Shown here: positions 1-8,600 of the stretch, piece by piece
Layout: the number at the start of each line of letters is the position of its first letter
Numbering within the stretch: the stretch's first letter is position 1
DNA from: Planctomycetota bacterium
GTDB taxonomy: Bacteria > Planctomycetota > SZUA-567 > H5-PLA8
NCBI GenBank assembly: GCA_038227875.1
Contig: JBBRPR010000112.1
Coordinates: 1-14,285, forward strand
DNA length: 14,285 nucleotides
Direction of reading: 5' to 3'
The notes under the pieces: generated by a model
Seen by the model: the letters and a program-made list of their open reading frames with translations, nothing else
What the model was told of the DNA's origin: nothing
The model's database searches: none
Program-made: the position numbers and the translations under genes

Positions 1-1
1 C

Positions 2-175
2 GGTTCCCAACGCATCCTGATAGCCAACAAGATGAACGCTCCGCTGGACAACAACACAAGCCTGGTTTTGAAGCGCGACCTTCTTTGCACGGCCAACCTC
101 GGCTTCACCCACGCAAAGCCCGAGGAGGCAGACCGTACGGTGGTCTGCATGAAGGGCTTCCCCGTGCCGAAATAG
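2..175 (+). CDS. 3' end of an unidentified CDS entering from the left edge
   Basis: Frame +2 is open from the window edge (GSQRILIANKMNAPLDNNTSLVLKRDLLCTANLGFTHAKPEEADRTVVCMKGFPVPK*) to TAG at 173-175, with GC-rich third positions. No family recognised. Confidence 0.5.
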   Translation, partial: GSQRILIANKMNAPLDNNTSLVLKRDLLCTANLGFTHAKPEEADRTVVCMKGFPVPK

Positions 176-201
176 CCGCAGATTCAGGCGATGGTCCAGA
201 A

Positions 202-669
202 ATGGATCGCCAGACATGGATTGAGTTTGGTTCACGCCCGAACGATGTTCGCGCCCTTGCAGAATCAATCAGAGCGGGAATTAAGCCCGCTATCGCAATA
301 CCTCAGGTCCTCGATAGCTTCGATGAAGACGAATTCACAGAAGGTGGCCTATTGACTCGGCTACACAGGAGTCGCGAGTGCAATCCGCATGTAAGGAGAC
401 GGTTGTTGGCATCACGTCGTAACGTTGGAAGGCTAGCTTGTGATTTGTGCGGCGGCTTTTCAACGGCTGCGGACTTGGCCTTTGAGGATGCTAGTTTCGA
501 GGCCCACCACACATTGCCGCTATCGAGAGCCATGGAGAGAATAACGAGGCTCGCAGACATGGCGCTATTGTGAGCGAACTGCCATCGCTTGGTCCACCGG
601 GTCATTTCGATTAAAAAGCGGTGGCTCAGTATCGTTGAATGCCGTAAGTTTCTAAGCACTCCGCCATAA
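202..669 (+). pseudogene. HNH endonuclease (McrA-like) remnant, probably 5'-truncated, with an in-frame TGA at 571-573
   Basis: Reads FTEGGLLTRLHRSRE...LACDLCG...FEAHHTLPL...LADMALL-(TGA)-ANCHRLVHR...TAA at 667-669. The CxxC...HH...L[C]xNCH HNH zinc-finger pattern runs straight through the TGA. Confidence 0.8.
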
Positions 670-723
670 TCTCCGACGAAGGCTTGCGACAATTCGGACG
701 CCATTACCTTAACGACTTCGCAT

Positions 724-792
724 GTACGCGTTAAACGCGGAAAGCAAAAACAAGCCAAATCGCTGCTCGCCACAAACGCGTTTAACGCGTAC
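724..792. repeat. Perfect 16-bp inverted repeat with a 37-bp spacer
   Basis: GTACGCGTTAAACGCG (724-739) and CGCGTTTAACGCGTAC (777-792) are exact reverse complements. Each arm is itself a near-palindrome. Confidence 0.85.
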
Positions 793-954
793 TGCGCACG
801 TGACCTGCATAGAACATCCACGCGCGAACGGGCATTCTCATGAAACATAGACGAATCAGTTGCCCGGTTGCATGTAGATCTGGCTTTCTGCACTACTCCG
901 CTCTTGGCTTCCGTTATTTCACAATAGCTGCTGCTTGCATGATGGATCGCGATG

Positions 955-1398
955 TCAATCACAGTCGCCCCACAGCAGTTGGTCGCATTTTACGGGCAAT
1001 ATTCGAAAAACTACTAATTTGCGAACGTCGATTTCGAAGTGGTTGTCTGTTGAGAAGGCTGGAGATACCGGCTCAAGATCGACTAACATTTTCCGAACGC
1101 CACGCTTCGTCGGAGCCAAATCGCTGCCAAACCAACTTCTAGCAAATCGCGTCAAATTCGGCTTTCTGGGCTTCGAAATAGAGGAATGAACTTTTCGTAT
1201 CATGCCGTCGGCAGATCGGATCTCATTTTCTGCCGCCCTTAGTTTTTCACGACATTTGTTTACAGCCTCATCCAAGACGATGTCGGGAAATAACAATCTT
1301 GACGCGCTGCCATTCGCGTACTCAAGAATGGGTCTCCAGTTTTCGCTCTCAATCAAAGGATCGTCAAAGAACACTGTCGAGTCCACGGAAACATCCAC
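955..1398 (-). pseudogene. Truncated or degenerate PIN-like domain gene (N-terminal part only recognisable)
   Basis: GTG at 1398 has GGAG 7 nt upstream. It translates to MDVSVDSTVFFDDPLIES...RLLFPDIVLDEAVNKCREKL, the PIN beta1-Asp and VxDE motifs, spaced like the intact gene at 1997-2992. Later PIN acidic motifs are not seen. Confidence 0.55.
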
Positions 1399-1581
1399 TA
1401 GAGTGCTCCCTCTTGGCGAAGCGTCACTCAGCTCGTTTTTGGCGATTGGTTCAAAAAGATGTTCCCGACCGAACGAGGCCGACGGCGCGTCTAACAAACT
1501 CCCCGTCATTTCTAACTCTATTGTAAAATGCGTTTCGCCTCCCGGATTCAAGTTTTACTAGGCTGATCCGAAAACGGAGAC

Positions 1582-1951
1582 TTGGGCAAAAAAAGGTGCC
1601 CAAAGCATCCGGTGACTTACACACTGGCAGAGAATCTACCTGCGCAACCGCCTCCGAAGCCCGTGCCTCCGAAGTATCCGCACCCGGTTACATTTATAAA
1701 CAATTTCGGACAGACGCTTTACATTACTCTAAAGGATGGTTCTAAGTGGGGCGACTGTTCAGTGCAAGGATTTGCAAAGCGGCGGAGCGATTAGGAAAGG
1801 CCAGCTTAGTCAACAATTTACCGTCCCTGCAAACCTGGTGGGTCACTTCCTTTTTCAAAAGGAAGCGGACGCCTGTATTTTACATTCACAACTAGCCATG
1901 AGAGACGTTCCGGACGGGAGTGCAACACCTGAGACCATGCGGCTTCCGTAG
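1582..1951 (+). pseudogene. Probable frameshifted hypothetical gene with a Pro-rich linker
   Basis: Overlapping ORFs 1582-1794 and 1736-1951 join into one plausible frame (...DCSVQGFA/SGGAIRKGQ...) if one A is removed at 1776-1778. Confidence 0.3.
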
Positions 1952-1996
1952 AGGGATGTGACTCGGCTTTCGTGCCACGTCTGCACTCGCTACCTT

Positions 1997-2992
1997 TCAA
2001 AATGGAATGTCCGCGTCGTCTAGTTCAGGCCCCAGTTCAGGGTCGCTCGGATATAAAATCGACAAGGCAGATAGCTTTTTCGGATCAATGACGTTTTCTT
2101 TGCCGCGGATCAAGTTTTGCATGAAAGTCTTCACGTCCCCATCCTCACTAATCCAATAGACTTGTCGATTACTGATCGCCGCGTCGACGATTCCATTAAT
2201 CTCGGCGTCCGTGAAATCTGTGAATTTTGAAAGCTTCGTGATTGCCGAATGTGTTGTGTAGAAGTTACCGCTATTCGCCAGCTCAGATATTGCCAAGTCC
2301 TTTTCCATTTCGCTGGCGAGTCGGATGTTTGGAAATTTGTCGCTAAAGAAATCGGACAATTTTCTGTAGAAGTGAATCTTGGTACCTTTCTTTTCTTCCC
2401 ATTCACCTAAAAGGAATTCAGCTAAATTCGCGTCATTGACCTGCGAAATGTAATCCTTGTCATCGGTTATGAGGAAAAGTTCATCCTTGGGGACCTTAGT
2501 CAGCAGGGTTTCCCAATTGATAGCATCTCCGTAAGAACCATCTTTTCCAGGCGGATTGCCCAAGCGCATTCGAAGTTCGGCGGCCTCGATTATCTTGGCG
2601 TCAGCCTCGTATGGAATTGCTTTCGCAAACAACTCGGCAATAACTTGGTCGGCTACGAGGCTCTTGGTTTCGATAGCTGAGCGGACTTTCTGCAAAATCT
2701 TGTCCTTATTTTCGCCGTACACCCTAATTGCGTCCCGCAATTCGTTGTACTCTGCGTACTCTTTAAACATCTGTGGAAATTGGCTTCCTAATTTCTGCTC
2801 GCCAAATCGCTTTAGCGCGTCCGCGATCTTAGATTCACGGTTCCGTCTAAACTCATCTTTAACTTGTTGGGTCAAGATAAGTTTGATATCACCGGTTTTG
2901 AGTGCGACCGCTAATTTCCTAAGCTCTTCCAAGTCGTCACTGCTGTAGTGGTAGAACGTCAGATAAATATTGGTATCGATAAATAGGTTCAT
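1997..2992 (-). CDS. PIN-like domain protein (DUF4935/PIN-like nuclease), candidate defence protein
   Basis: 331 aa. Motifs LFIDTNIY (D6), QVKDEF, NPPGK..SYGDAINWETLL and LITDDKDY supply the four acidic PIN positions. The C-terminus is ELDDADIPF. Confidence 0.85.
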   Translation of the reverse strand: MNLFIDTNIYLTFYHYSSDDLEELRKLAVALKTGDIKLILTQQVKDEFRRNRESKIADALKRFGEQKLGSQFPQMFKEYAEYNELRDAIRVYGENKDKILQKVRSAIETKSLVADQVIAELFAKAIPYEADAKIIEAAELRMRLGNPPGKDGSYGDAINWETLLTKVPKDELFLITDDKDYISQVNDANLAEFLLGEWEEKKGTKIHFYRKLSDFFSDKFPNIRLASEMEKDLAISELANSGNFYTTHSAITKLSKFTDFTDAEINGIVDAAISNRQVYWISEDGDVKTFMQNLIRGKENVIDPKKLSALSILYPSDPELGPELDDADIPF

Positions 2993-3080
2993 GGTTAGGC
3001 CGTTTTTCTGAAGGTGAATTTATTATGGCACGTTCCTGTTTGTTAAGGATTGTGCAAGATAAAACGCCAGTGACAGCCAT

Positions 3081-3350
3081 TCAGATAGCTTTATTTGTTC
3101 GGTCCTTCGTTGTCATCTCGCTTTCGGCAGCTACGGCAATGCCAGGTGTCCACAGAGGACGGCCAAACTTGTCGAGGATTTTCTTGAAGGCAGCCAACGT
3201 GGTGTCCTGGAACATACATTTCGCGTTCCGGCGGTACGTTGGGTCAACCGAGTGCTCCAAGTTGACGAGGTCAGAATAAGGAATCTCCGGGACCGCAATC
3301 CCAGTGGCAGTGTCCGAGACAAACTCAAACGAAAAAGCCCGAGAATCGCA
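3081..3350 (-). pseudogene. Start-less open frame, possible 3' gene remnant
   Basis: 89 open codons (…FEFVSDTATGIAVPEIPYSDLVNLEHSVDPTYRRNAKCMFQDTTLAAFKKILDKFGRPLW…AI*) with protein-like composition, same strand as its neighbours, and no start codon at the 5' end. Confidence 0.3.
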
Positions 3351-3386
3351 TTACGGAAGTGGAGGTGGAATCGAGCTGCAAGGTGA

Positions 3387-3977
3387 CTAGGAGCAATCGA
3401 TAGTTCTTACAATACTCTTGATGAAGACTACGTTAGGTGTTTTCTTTCGAGGGATTCGTAAATGGTAGACGCTAACTGTTTCACAGTTACGTCTGCGATC
3501 CAACCCAAGCAAGAAGAAACTCTCACCTGGTAGATTTCGGTCGTAGCCGCGAACAACCGACTCAATTTTGTCGATCGTCTTTTTCTCCAGACTCTTTTTC
3601 GCCCTGGGAGGAATCATGTAAATAAACAACTTCACTCGAGCCTTCAGGGGCAGTAGTTTCTGGAAATCGTATAAAAGATGTCTACCGCCTCGTCTGTGTA
3701 TCCATTCGCATTCGGCTACCAATTCGATATCCTTGAGGCGCATCGGATGAGAACGTTGCCAGCGCAGCCAAATAAAATCGCAAAGGAGTTCTCTGCGCTT
3801 TCTGAGCTTGAAAGGATGAAACTTATATCCGCGTTTTGTCGCCATCAAGCGTAGGATTTTCGCTACAGCTTGGGTTGCCTTACCGCGATCATGCCCAATT
3901 AATTTCGGCAGTGGTGGACGATAGAGACATACTCGATCTATTAAGTCTTTGGCAAATTGTTGTGGTGTTTCAAGCAT
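3387..3977 (-). CDS. Hypothetical protein, PD-(D/E)xK restriction-endonuclease-like fold suspected
   Basis: Basic ~196-aa ORF (ATG 3977; alternative start 4019). ELLCDFIW...LVAECEW...YDFQKLL..KARVKLFIY resembles a D...ExE variant nuclease core. Confidence 0.55.
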   Translation of the reverse strand: MLETPQQFAKDLIDRVCLYRPPLPKLIGHDRGKATQAVAKILRLMATKRGYKFHPFKLRKRRELLCDFIWLRWQRSHPMRLKDIELVAECEWIHRRGGRHLLYDFQKLLPLKARVKLFIYMIPPRAKKSLEKKTIDKIESVVRGYDRNLPGESFFLLGLDRRRNCETVSVYHLRIPRKKTPNVVFIKSIVRTIDCS

Positions 3978-4049
3978 TTTTCGACGATTCGCGGTCCCCA
4001 ATCTTTTCAGACCTCTCACGCAAGCGAGTTGCGTAGTCCCAAGGCTAAC

Positions 4050-4421
4050 TCAACTCGGGTTTTCGGCCTTCAGCAATACGTAGTCGATCACTTCTCCCAG
4101 AGTTGTCGCATCGTATCTGGCGTCCGTGCTTTCGTATTGACGCGGATCGCGGCTCGCCCAAACTTCCGCAATTCGCGTAGTATTATTCTCCTGTTCGACG
4201 CGAACCTTAAATATGCAGTAGCCTGTCCAGCTCCGGACGAAGTAGAGCCAGCCCTGTTCTAAAAAGATGCACCAATGGTCTTCCATTTCGCGCGGGATAA
4301 CGCCTAGTTTCACTCGGTCGAACTCTTCGGACGTAAAGTTGCGATCAAATGGAATTAAGGCACGCCGTCTGGGAAATGGCCTCACGCGATGCGTCTGCCG
4401 GGTTGCCGTGATTGGGGTCAT
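4050..4421 (-). CDS. Conserved-type hypothetical protein (P..MEDxW...LYFxRSWTG motif)
   Basis: 123 aa from ATG 4421, which overlaps the resolvase stop (ATGA). The aromatic motif GVIPREMEDHWCIFLEQGWLYFVRSWTGYCIF is recalled from a widespread uncharacterised family. Confidence 0.75.
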   Translation of the reverse strand: MTPITATRQTHRVRPFPRRRALIPFDRNFTSEEFDRVKLGVIPREMEDHWCIFLEQGWLYFVRSWTGYCIFKVRVEQENNTTRIAEVWASRDPRQYESTDARYDATTLGEVIDYVLLKAENPS

Positions 4422-5011
4422 ATTTTCTTGAGCCGTGGGATTCGTGTCGAAGCGCAAAATGCCGTCGATGGACTGACCCCAAGCGCAATTCCCACCGCCC
4501 GCCAAGAAGCACCCTGAGCTCGAAGTTGGGCGATACGATCCGAATTGGCGAGTTTTCGAGGCCTACCAAGGATTTTGCCCTTCGCACGCGCGTTCCGAAT
4601 TCCTGCGCGCACGCGTTCCACGATAAGACTGCGTTCCAGTTCAGCCACGGCACCCAAAACCGTGAATATCATCTTTCCGGTCGGCGTTGACGTATCGACT
4701 TGCTCAGAAAGAGAGACGAATTCGATCCCCTGCGCCCGGAAAGTCTCGAGGGCTCGCAGAAGATGGGAAACCGAACGGGCGAAGCGATCGAATTTCCATA
4801 CGATCACTGCATCGAATTTTCGCCGGTGGGCGTCCGTAAGGAGTTTGTCCAACTCAACTCTCTTTTCTTTGGTACCCGAAACGCCGATGTCTACGTATTC
4901 CCGTGAGACCGACCATTTTCTGCGCTCGCAGTATTCACGGAGCTCGCGTAACTGCATTTCTGGATCCTGTCCATTAATCGTGCTCACTCGCGCATAAATC
5001 GCAACTTTCAA
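4418..5011 (-). CDS. Serine recombinase (resolvase/invertase family)
   Basis: YARVST catalytic Ser motif, VWKFDRFARS, AELERSLIVERVRAG, LGRP and a C-terminal HTH. TTG start with a GGAG RBS. Confidence 0.95.
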   Translation of the reverse strand: MKVAIYARVSTINGQDPEMQLRELREYCERRKWSVSREYVDIGVSGTKEKRVELDKLLTDAHRRKFDAVIVWKFDRFARSVSHLLRALETFRAQGIEFVSLSEQVDTSTPTGKMIFTVLGAVAELERSLIVERVRAGIRNARAKGKILGRPRKLANSDRIAQLRAQGASWRAVGIALGVSPSTAFCASTRIPRLKKI

Positions 5012-5198
5012 GTGTTTTCTCCAGTTCCTGCGGAACCCTGCTTCCTATTTCACGGCTCCTTGGCGCCCTACGGTGGTGTTTCCTGCCAGCTAGGAGGCCG
5101 CTAGACTGGCGATCATCCAGCCCGAGCCCTTCGGTAGGTAGGAACAGCAAGTCCCACCGAGAAAGCTCAAGGGAAGAGAGTATATCTAAGGTCTGCAC

Positions 5199-5227
5199 TA
5201 TATACATTAGTTATATAACGCTTGACA
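5199..5227. promoter_or_regulatory. AT-rich palindromic operator-like sites and a TTGACA -35 between the divergent resolvase and HTH genes
   Basis: TATATA at 5199-5204 and 5212-5217, perfect palindrome GTTATATAAC at 5210-5219, TTGACA at 5222-5227. The matching -10 on the plus strand is poor. Confidence 0.4.
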
Positions 5228-5257
5228 GCGAATCGTCTGCCGACTAACTCTGCCGAC

Positions 5258-5479
5258 ATGATTATTTGCCGATTGAAGAAGCTGTTAAAGCGTCGCGGAA
5301 TGTCCCGATTCGCCTTGCAGAAGAAATCGCATCTGAGCTATCCAACAATTCACGCTATATACCACGGACGAACCACGCGTTACAGCGCGGACGCTCTAAA
5401 CAAATTATGCTATGCGTTGAAGTGTCAACCTGGCGCTTTGCTTAAATGGAAACCGGATCGCTTCCCGAGAAAGCGATGA
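5258..5479 (+). CDS. Cro/C1-type (XRE/HTH_26-like) helix-turn-helix transcriptional regulator
   Basis: 73 aa, MIICRLKKLLKRRGMSRFALQKKSHLSYPTIHAIYHG...LNKLCYALKCQPGALL, the typical YozG-like HTH pattern. Confidence 0.9.
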   Translation: MIICRLKKLLKRRGMSRFALQKKSHLSYPTIHAIYHGRTTRYSADALNKLCYALKCQPGALLKWKPDRFPRKR

Positions 5480-6119
5480 TTCCGTGCTTCGGAGCTAAGC
5501 CCTGGCAAAACGGGCGGACGGAAAGTGCGGTACCGAAAAAATTGTTCCTATACGAGGACACGCCAAGTCGCCGCCGGAGTCCCGTGGTTGTCCCGAAATC
5601 CGGTGAACCCTTCCAGATCATTTCGAGCTTCCGTGTCATCAACGCGTCAGGCTGAATTTTTGCATTCTATCCACTGTGAGAATATGCATGTCCCGAATCT
5701 GCCGGAAACAATAAGGGAAAGCACGCAATTCTGTCCGCCCCGGCTGTTCCATTCGGCTCCGCTCGAACCATAGTTGCCCTTCATCGATCCCCGACTTTTG
5801 CCCCGTGGATATATTCCGTCACCTCTGAAGCCACCGAGCACAGCCCGCTCACAGTACCTGCTAGCTAAGTATCCGCGATGTTACAGGCGGTACGAAATTG
5901 AATGCGACGGCGTTTGATAAGAGTAGGAGCCCATGTAGACGACACGTGTGCGCAGACTTTATTCGGTAGGCGGCTCAAGACTACGCCCTGCGACACAATC
6001 GACCCGGCTGCCTAGTAAATAAATACGTACGAACGGCGACGCGCGGTAACGCTGATAGTTTGCTCTCCCGGAGTTCTATCACGAACCGCGCGTCCCGGCA
6101 AAAACTTTCGGGAGAAATC

Positions 6120-8378
6120 ATGAAATCCAAACTGAAACGCAAGCACAGTACATTGCTTTATGCGCGGAAGTACGTCCAATTCGGCTGGTCAGTTATTCCC
6201 ATCCCTGCGAAGAAAAAAGCCCCTCGCATCAAACGATGGCAAAAGTTGCGGCTAAGAAAATCCGATCTGCACCAGCACTTTGCAGACAATGGAAACATCG
6301 GGGTTCTTCTCGGCTCGCCAAGCAGTAATTTGGTCGACATCGATCTCGACTGCGACGAAGCGATTTCGTTAGCGCAATCGTTTCTTCCGCCAACCGGTCG
6401 GATTTATGGAAGGCAATCTACACCCATGTCGCACCGATTCCACTACGGTCAGGCGTCGCTAAAACCGGAAAAATTCTGTGACGTTGATGGGACGTGCCTG
6501 CTGGAAGTTCGCTCCACAGGTCAACAAACAATAATTCCCCCTTCCCTCCACCCCTCCGGAGAGCGCATCAGGTGGCACTCGGAGAACGAACCCTCGCACG
6601 TAAAGAATGAAGCCCTGTTAAAAGCTTCGCGAGAGTTGGCCGCTGCATCCATACTCGCCCGCCACTGGCCAACTGGCAGCAGAAATACAGCGTCACTCGC
6701 GTTGGCCGGACTTTTGTTAAGGGCAGGTTGGACGGAAGCGGGGACCGACGAATTCATTGCAAATGTTGCTCGCGCGGCGCATGACGAAGACTGGCAAGAT
6801 CGCGGGCGGGCTGCGCAGAGCACTCAACGAAAATTGGACGAGAATCGGCCTGTAACAGGAAAACCTCGCCTTGACGAGCTGATCGGGAACAAAGTAATGG
6901 ATCTGGTCGTAACGTGGCTACGCATCCAAATTACGCCGGCGAACGACTCTGTAATAAATCGCAAAAAACACGGGCCAACCGATCTAGTCGCGATAGCCAA
7001 GGGTGTCGACCTTTTCCATACTGCAGATGACTTTTGTTACGGTGCCATTGAATTGGATGGACACCGTGAAACTTGGCGCTTGCGCGAAAAGCATTTCACT
7101 AACTGGCTAGCTTCGGTGTACTACCGAAAGACCGGAACGGTACCTTCGGGGAAAGATTTGGGAGCAGCTATCGATGTGCTGGAGGGAAGAGCTCGCTTCG
7201 ATGGCCCTCAGCGCCGTGTACACATTCGCGTGGCTGAACGAGGCGGAGCCGTATATGTGGATCTCTGCGATAAGCGGTGGAGGGCTGTAAAAATTACATC
7301 CAAAGGCTGGCGAATCGTAAACAGCCCGCGAGTGCACTTCCGTCGGGCTCCGGGTATGCAACCACTCCCGGTACCGGTATCAGGAGGATCTGTCGACGAA
7401 CTCCGCCCATTTCTGAATGTCAGGTCGGGGCGAGATTTCAAATTGATAGTTGGATGGCTGCTCTCCACTTTCAACCCACGAGGACCTTATCCGGTTCTAC
7501 TGATACAAGGCGAAGCGGGCTGCGCTAAAAGTACGACCAGCCGGATGATTCGTCGGTTGGTGGATCCCAACAAATGCCCTTTACGAGCCGAACCGCGCGA
7601 GGCTAGGGATTTGATGATTGCAGCCACGAATGCACGATGCGTGGTCTACGATAACATTTCAAATTTGCGTCCATGGCTCTCAGATAGTTTCTGTCGCCTT
7701 GCGACCGGCGGTGGTTTCGCCGTGCGTAAGAATTACAGCGATGACCAGGAAATGCTATTTGAGTCTGCGAATCCGATTTTGCTAAATGGGATCGATGGTG
7801 TTGTAAGCCGAGGAGATCTGTTGGATAGATGCGTCGTTATTTATCTTCCCGTTATCTCAGACCAAAACCGAAAACCTGAAAAGCAATTCTGGGGGGATTT
7901 CGAAAAGGTGCAGGGCCGCATCTTTGGGGCGCTCTTGGATGCTTTATGCATGGCGCTTAAGAGATTCAAGAAGGTTAGGCTGGCCGAACTACCTAGAATG
8001 GCTGACTTTACAAGATGGGTCACTGCAGCAGAACCAGCCCTGAAGTGGCCTTCCGGCAGCTTTTTAGCTAGCTATAAATCGAATCGGAGGTTTGCGAACC
8101 GCATGGCCCTGGAGTCATCGCCAATTGTGGACCAGCTTCGTAAGTTGGTAATCCGGCATGAATTCGTGGGGACCGCCAGCGAACTACTATCTAAGCTTCA
8201 AACAATTGCCGGAGAACGGGCTAAAGGACGTTATTTCCCAAAATATGCCAAAGGGCTTTCGAGTCATCTCCGCAGAATCGCGCCGAACTTGCGCGCCGAC
8301 GGTTTCGAGATTGAGTTCGATATAAGAACGCCCGGTGGTAATTCACGAAAGCATATCAAAATTGGATACCCCATCTGA
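6120..8378 (+). CDS. Bifunctional DNA primase/polymerase (Prim-Pol) fused to a P-loop ATPase/helicase-like domain
   Basis: N-terminal GWSVIPI..KKAP, NIGVLLG, LVDIDLD and QTIIPPSLHPSG motifs. C-terminal GEAGCAKST (Walker A variant), VVYDNIS (Walker B) and GDLLDR. ATG 6120 has a GGAG RBS. Confidence 0.9.
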   Translation: MKSKLKRKHSTLLYARKYVQFGWSVIPIPAKKKAPRIKRWQKLRLRKSDLHQHFADNGNIGVLLGSPSSNLVDIDLDCDEAISLAQSFLPPTGRIYGRQSTPMSHRFHYGQASLKPEKFCDVDGTCLLEVRSTGQQTIIPPSLHPSGERIRWHSENEPSHVKNEALLKASRELAAASILARHWPTGSRNTASLALAGLLLRAGWTEAGTDEFIANVARAAHDEDWQDRGRAAQSTQRKLDENRPVTGKPRLDELIGNKVMDLVVTWLRIQITPANDSVINRKKHGPTDLVAIAKGVDLFHTADDFCYGAIELDGHRETWRLREKHFTNWLASVYYRKTGTVPSGKDLGAAIDVLEGRARFDGPQRRVHIRVAERGGAVYVDLCDKRWRAVKITSKGWRIVNSPRVHFRRAPGMQPLPVPVSGGSVDELRPFLNVRSGRDFKLIVGWLLSTFNPRGPYPVLLIQGEAGCAKSTTSRMIRRLVDPNKCPLRAEPREARDLMIAATNARCVVYDNISNLRPWLSDSFCRLATGGGFAVRKNYSDDQEMLFESANPILLNGIDGVVSRGDLLDRCVVIYLPVISDQNRKPEKQFWGDFEKVQGRIFGALLDALCMALKRFKKVRLAELPRMADFTRWVTAAEPALKWPSGSFLASYKSNRRFANRMALESSPIVDQLRKLVIRHEFVGTASELLSKLQTIAGERAKGRYFPKYAKGLSSHLRRIAPNLRADGFEIEFDIRTPGGNSRKHIKIGYPI

Positions 8379-8397
8379 TCCAACCCGGATAACCCCA

Positions 8398-8473
8398 ACG
8401 CTTGCTACGCTTGCGACGCCCTACGTCAAGATTCATAGAGATGTAGCGTAGCAAGCGTAGCAAGCGTAGCAAG
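8398..8473. repeat. Iteron-like inverted arrays of a 9-mer, putative replication origin
   Basis: CGTAGCAAG x3 in tandem (8447-8473), with inverted copies CTTGCTACG (8401-8409) and CTTGCGACG (8410-8418) and an AT-richer spacer, directly after the primase gene. Confidence 0.7.
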
Positions 8474-8600
8474 GTTCCCAGCGACCTTTCCTCACGCACT
8501 TCGAGAAGGCACGCTAACTCGACTCGGCGGTTGTTTTGTCGACGAACAGCTTTACAACACGACGATCGCCAACAACATCCCCGCAAAACCCTTAAAAGCA

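Noticed and set aside
85..201. N-terminal extension of the HNH ORF given in the ORF track
   Set aside because: It overlaps the 3' end of the more gene-like frame 2-175 and has no HNH-family character.
303..962. 219-aa minus-strand ORF
   Set aside because: It is largely antisense to the HNH remnant, spans the inverted repeat and has no recognisable motif.
3358..3378. GGAGGTGGAATCGAG resembling the tRNA 3' end (possible second att site)
   Set aside because: The match is short and gapped, lacks the TGGTGCC acceptor end, and island-like cargo continues on both sides.
5480..6060. Several short ORFs between the HTH and primase genes
   Set aside because: They overlap each other, with no motif or convincing RBS. 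The region may be decayed sequence, but no call is supportable.
7510..7536. Walker A variant GEAGCAKS as a sign of an inactive ATPase
   Set aside because: As I recall, GxxGxAKS is common in this primase-associated ATPase family, and the catalytic Lys-Ser is retained.
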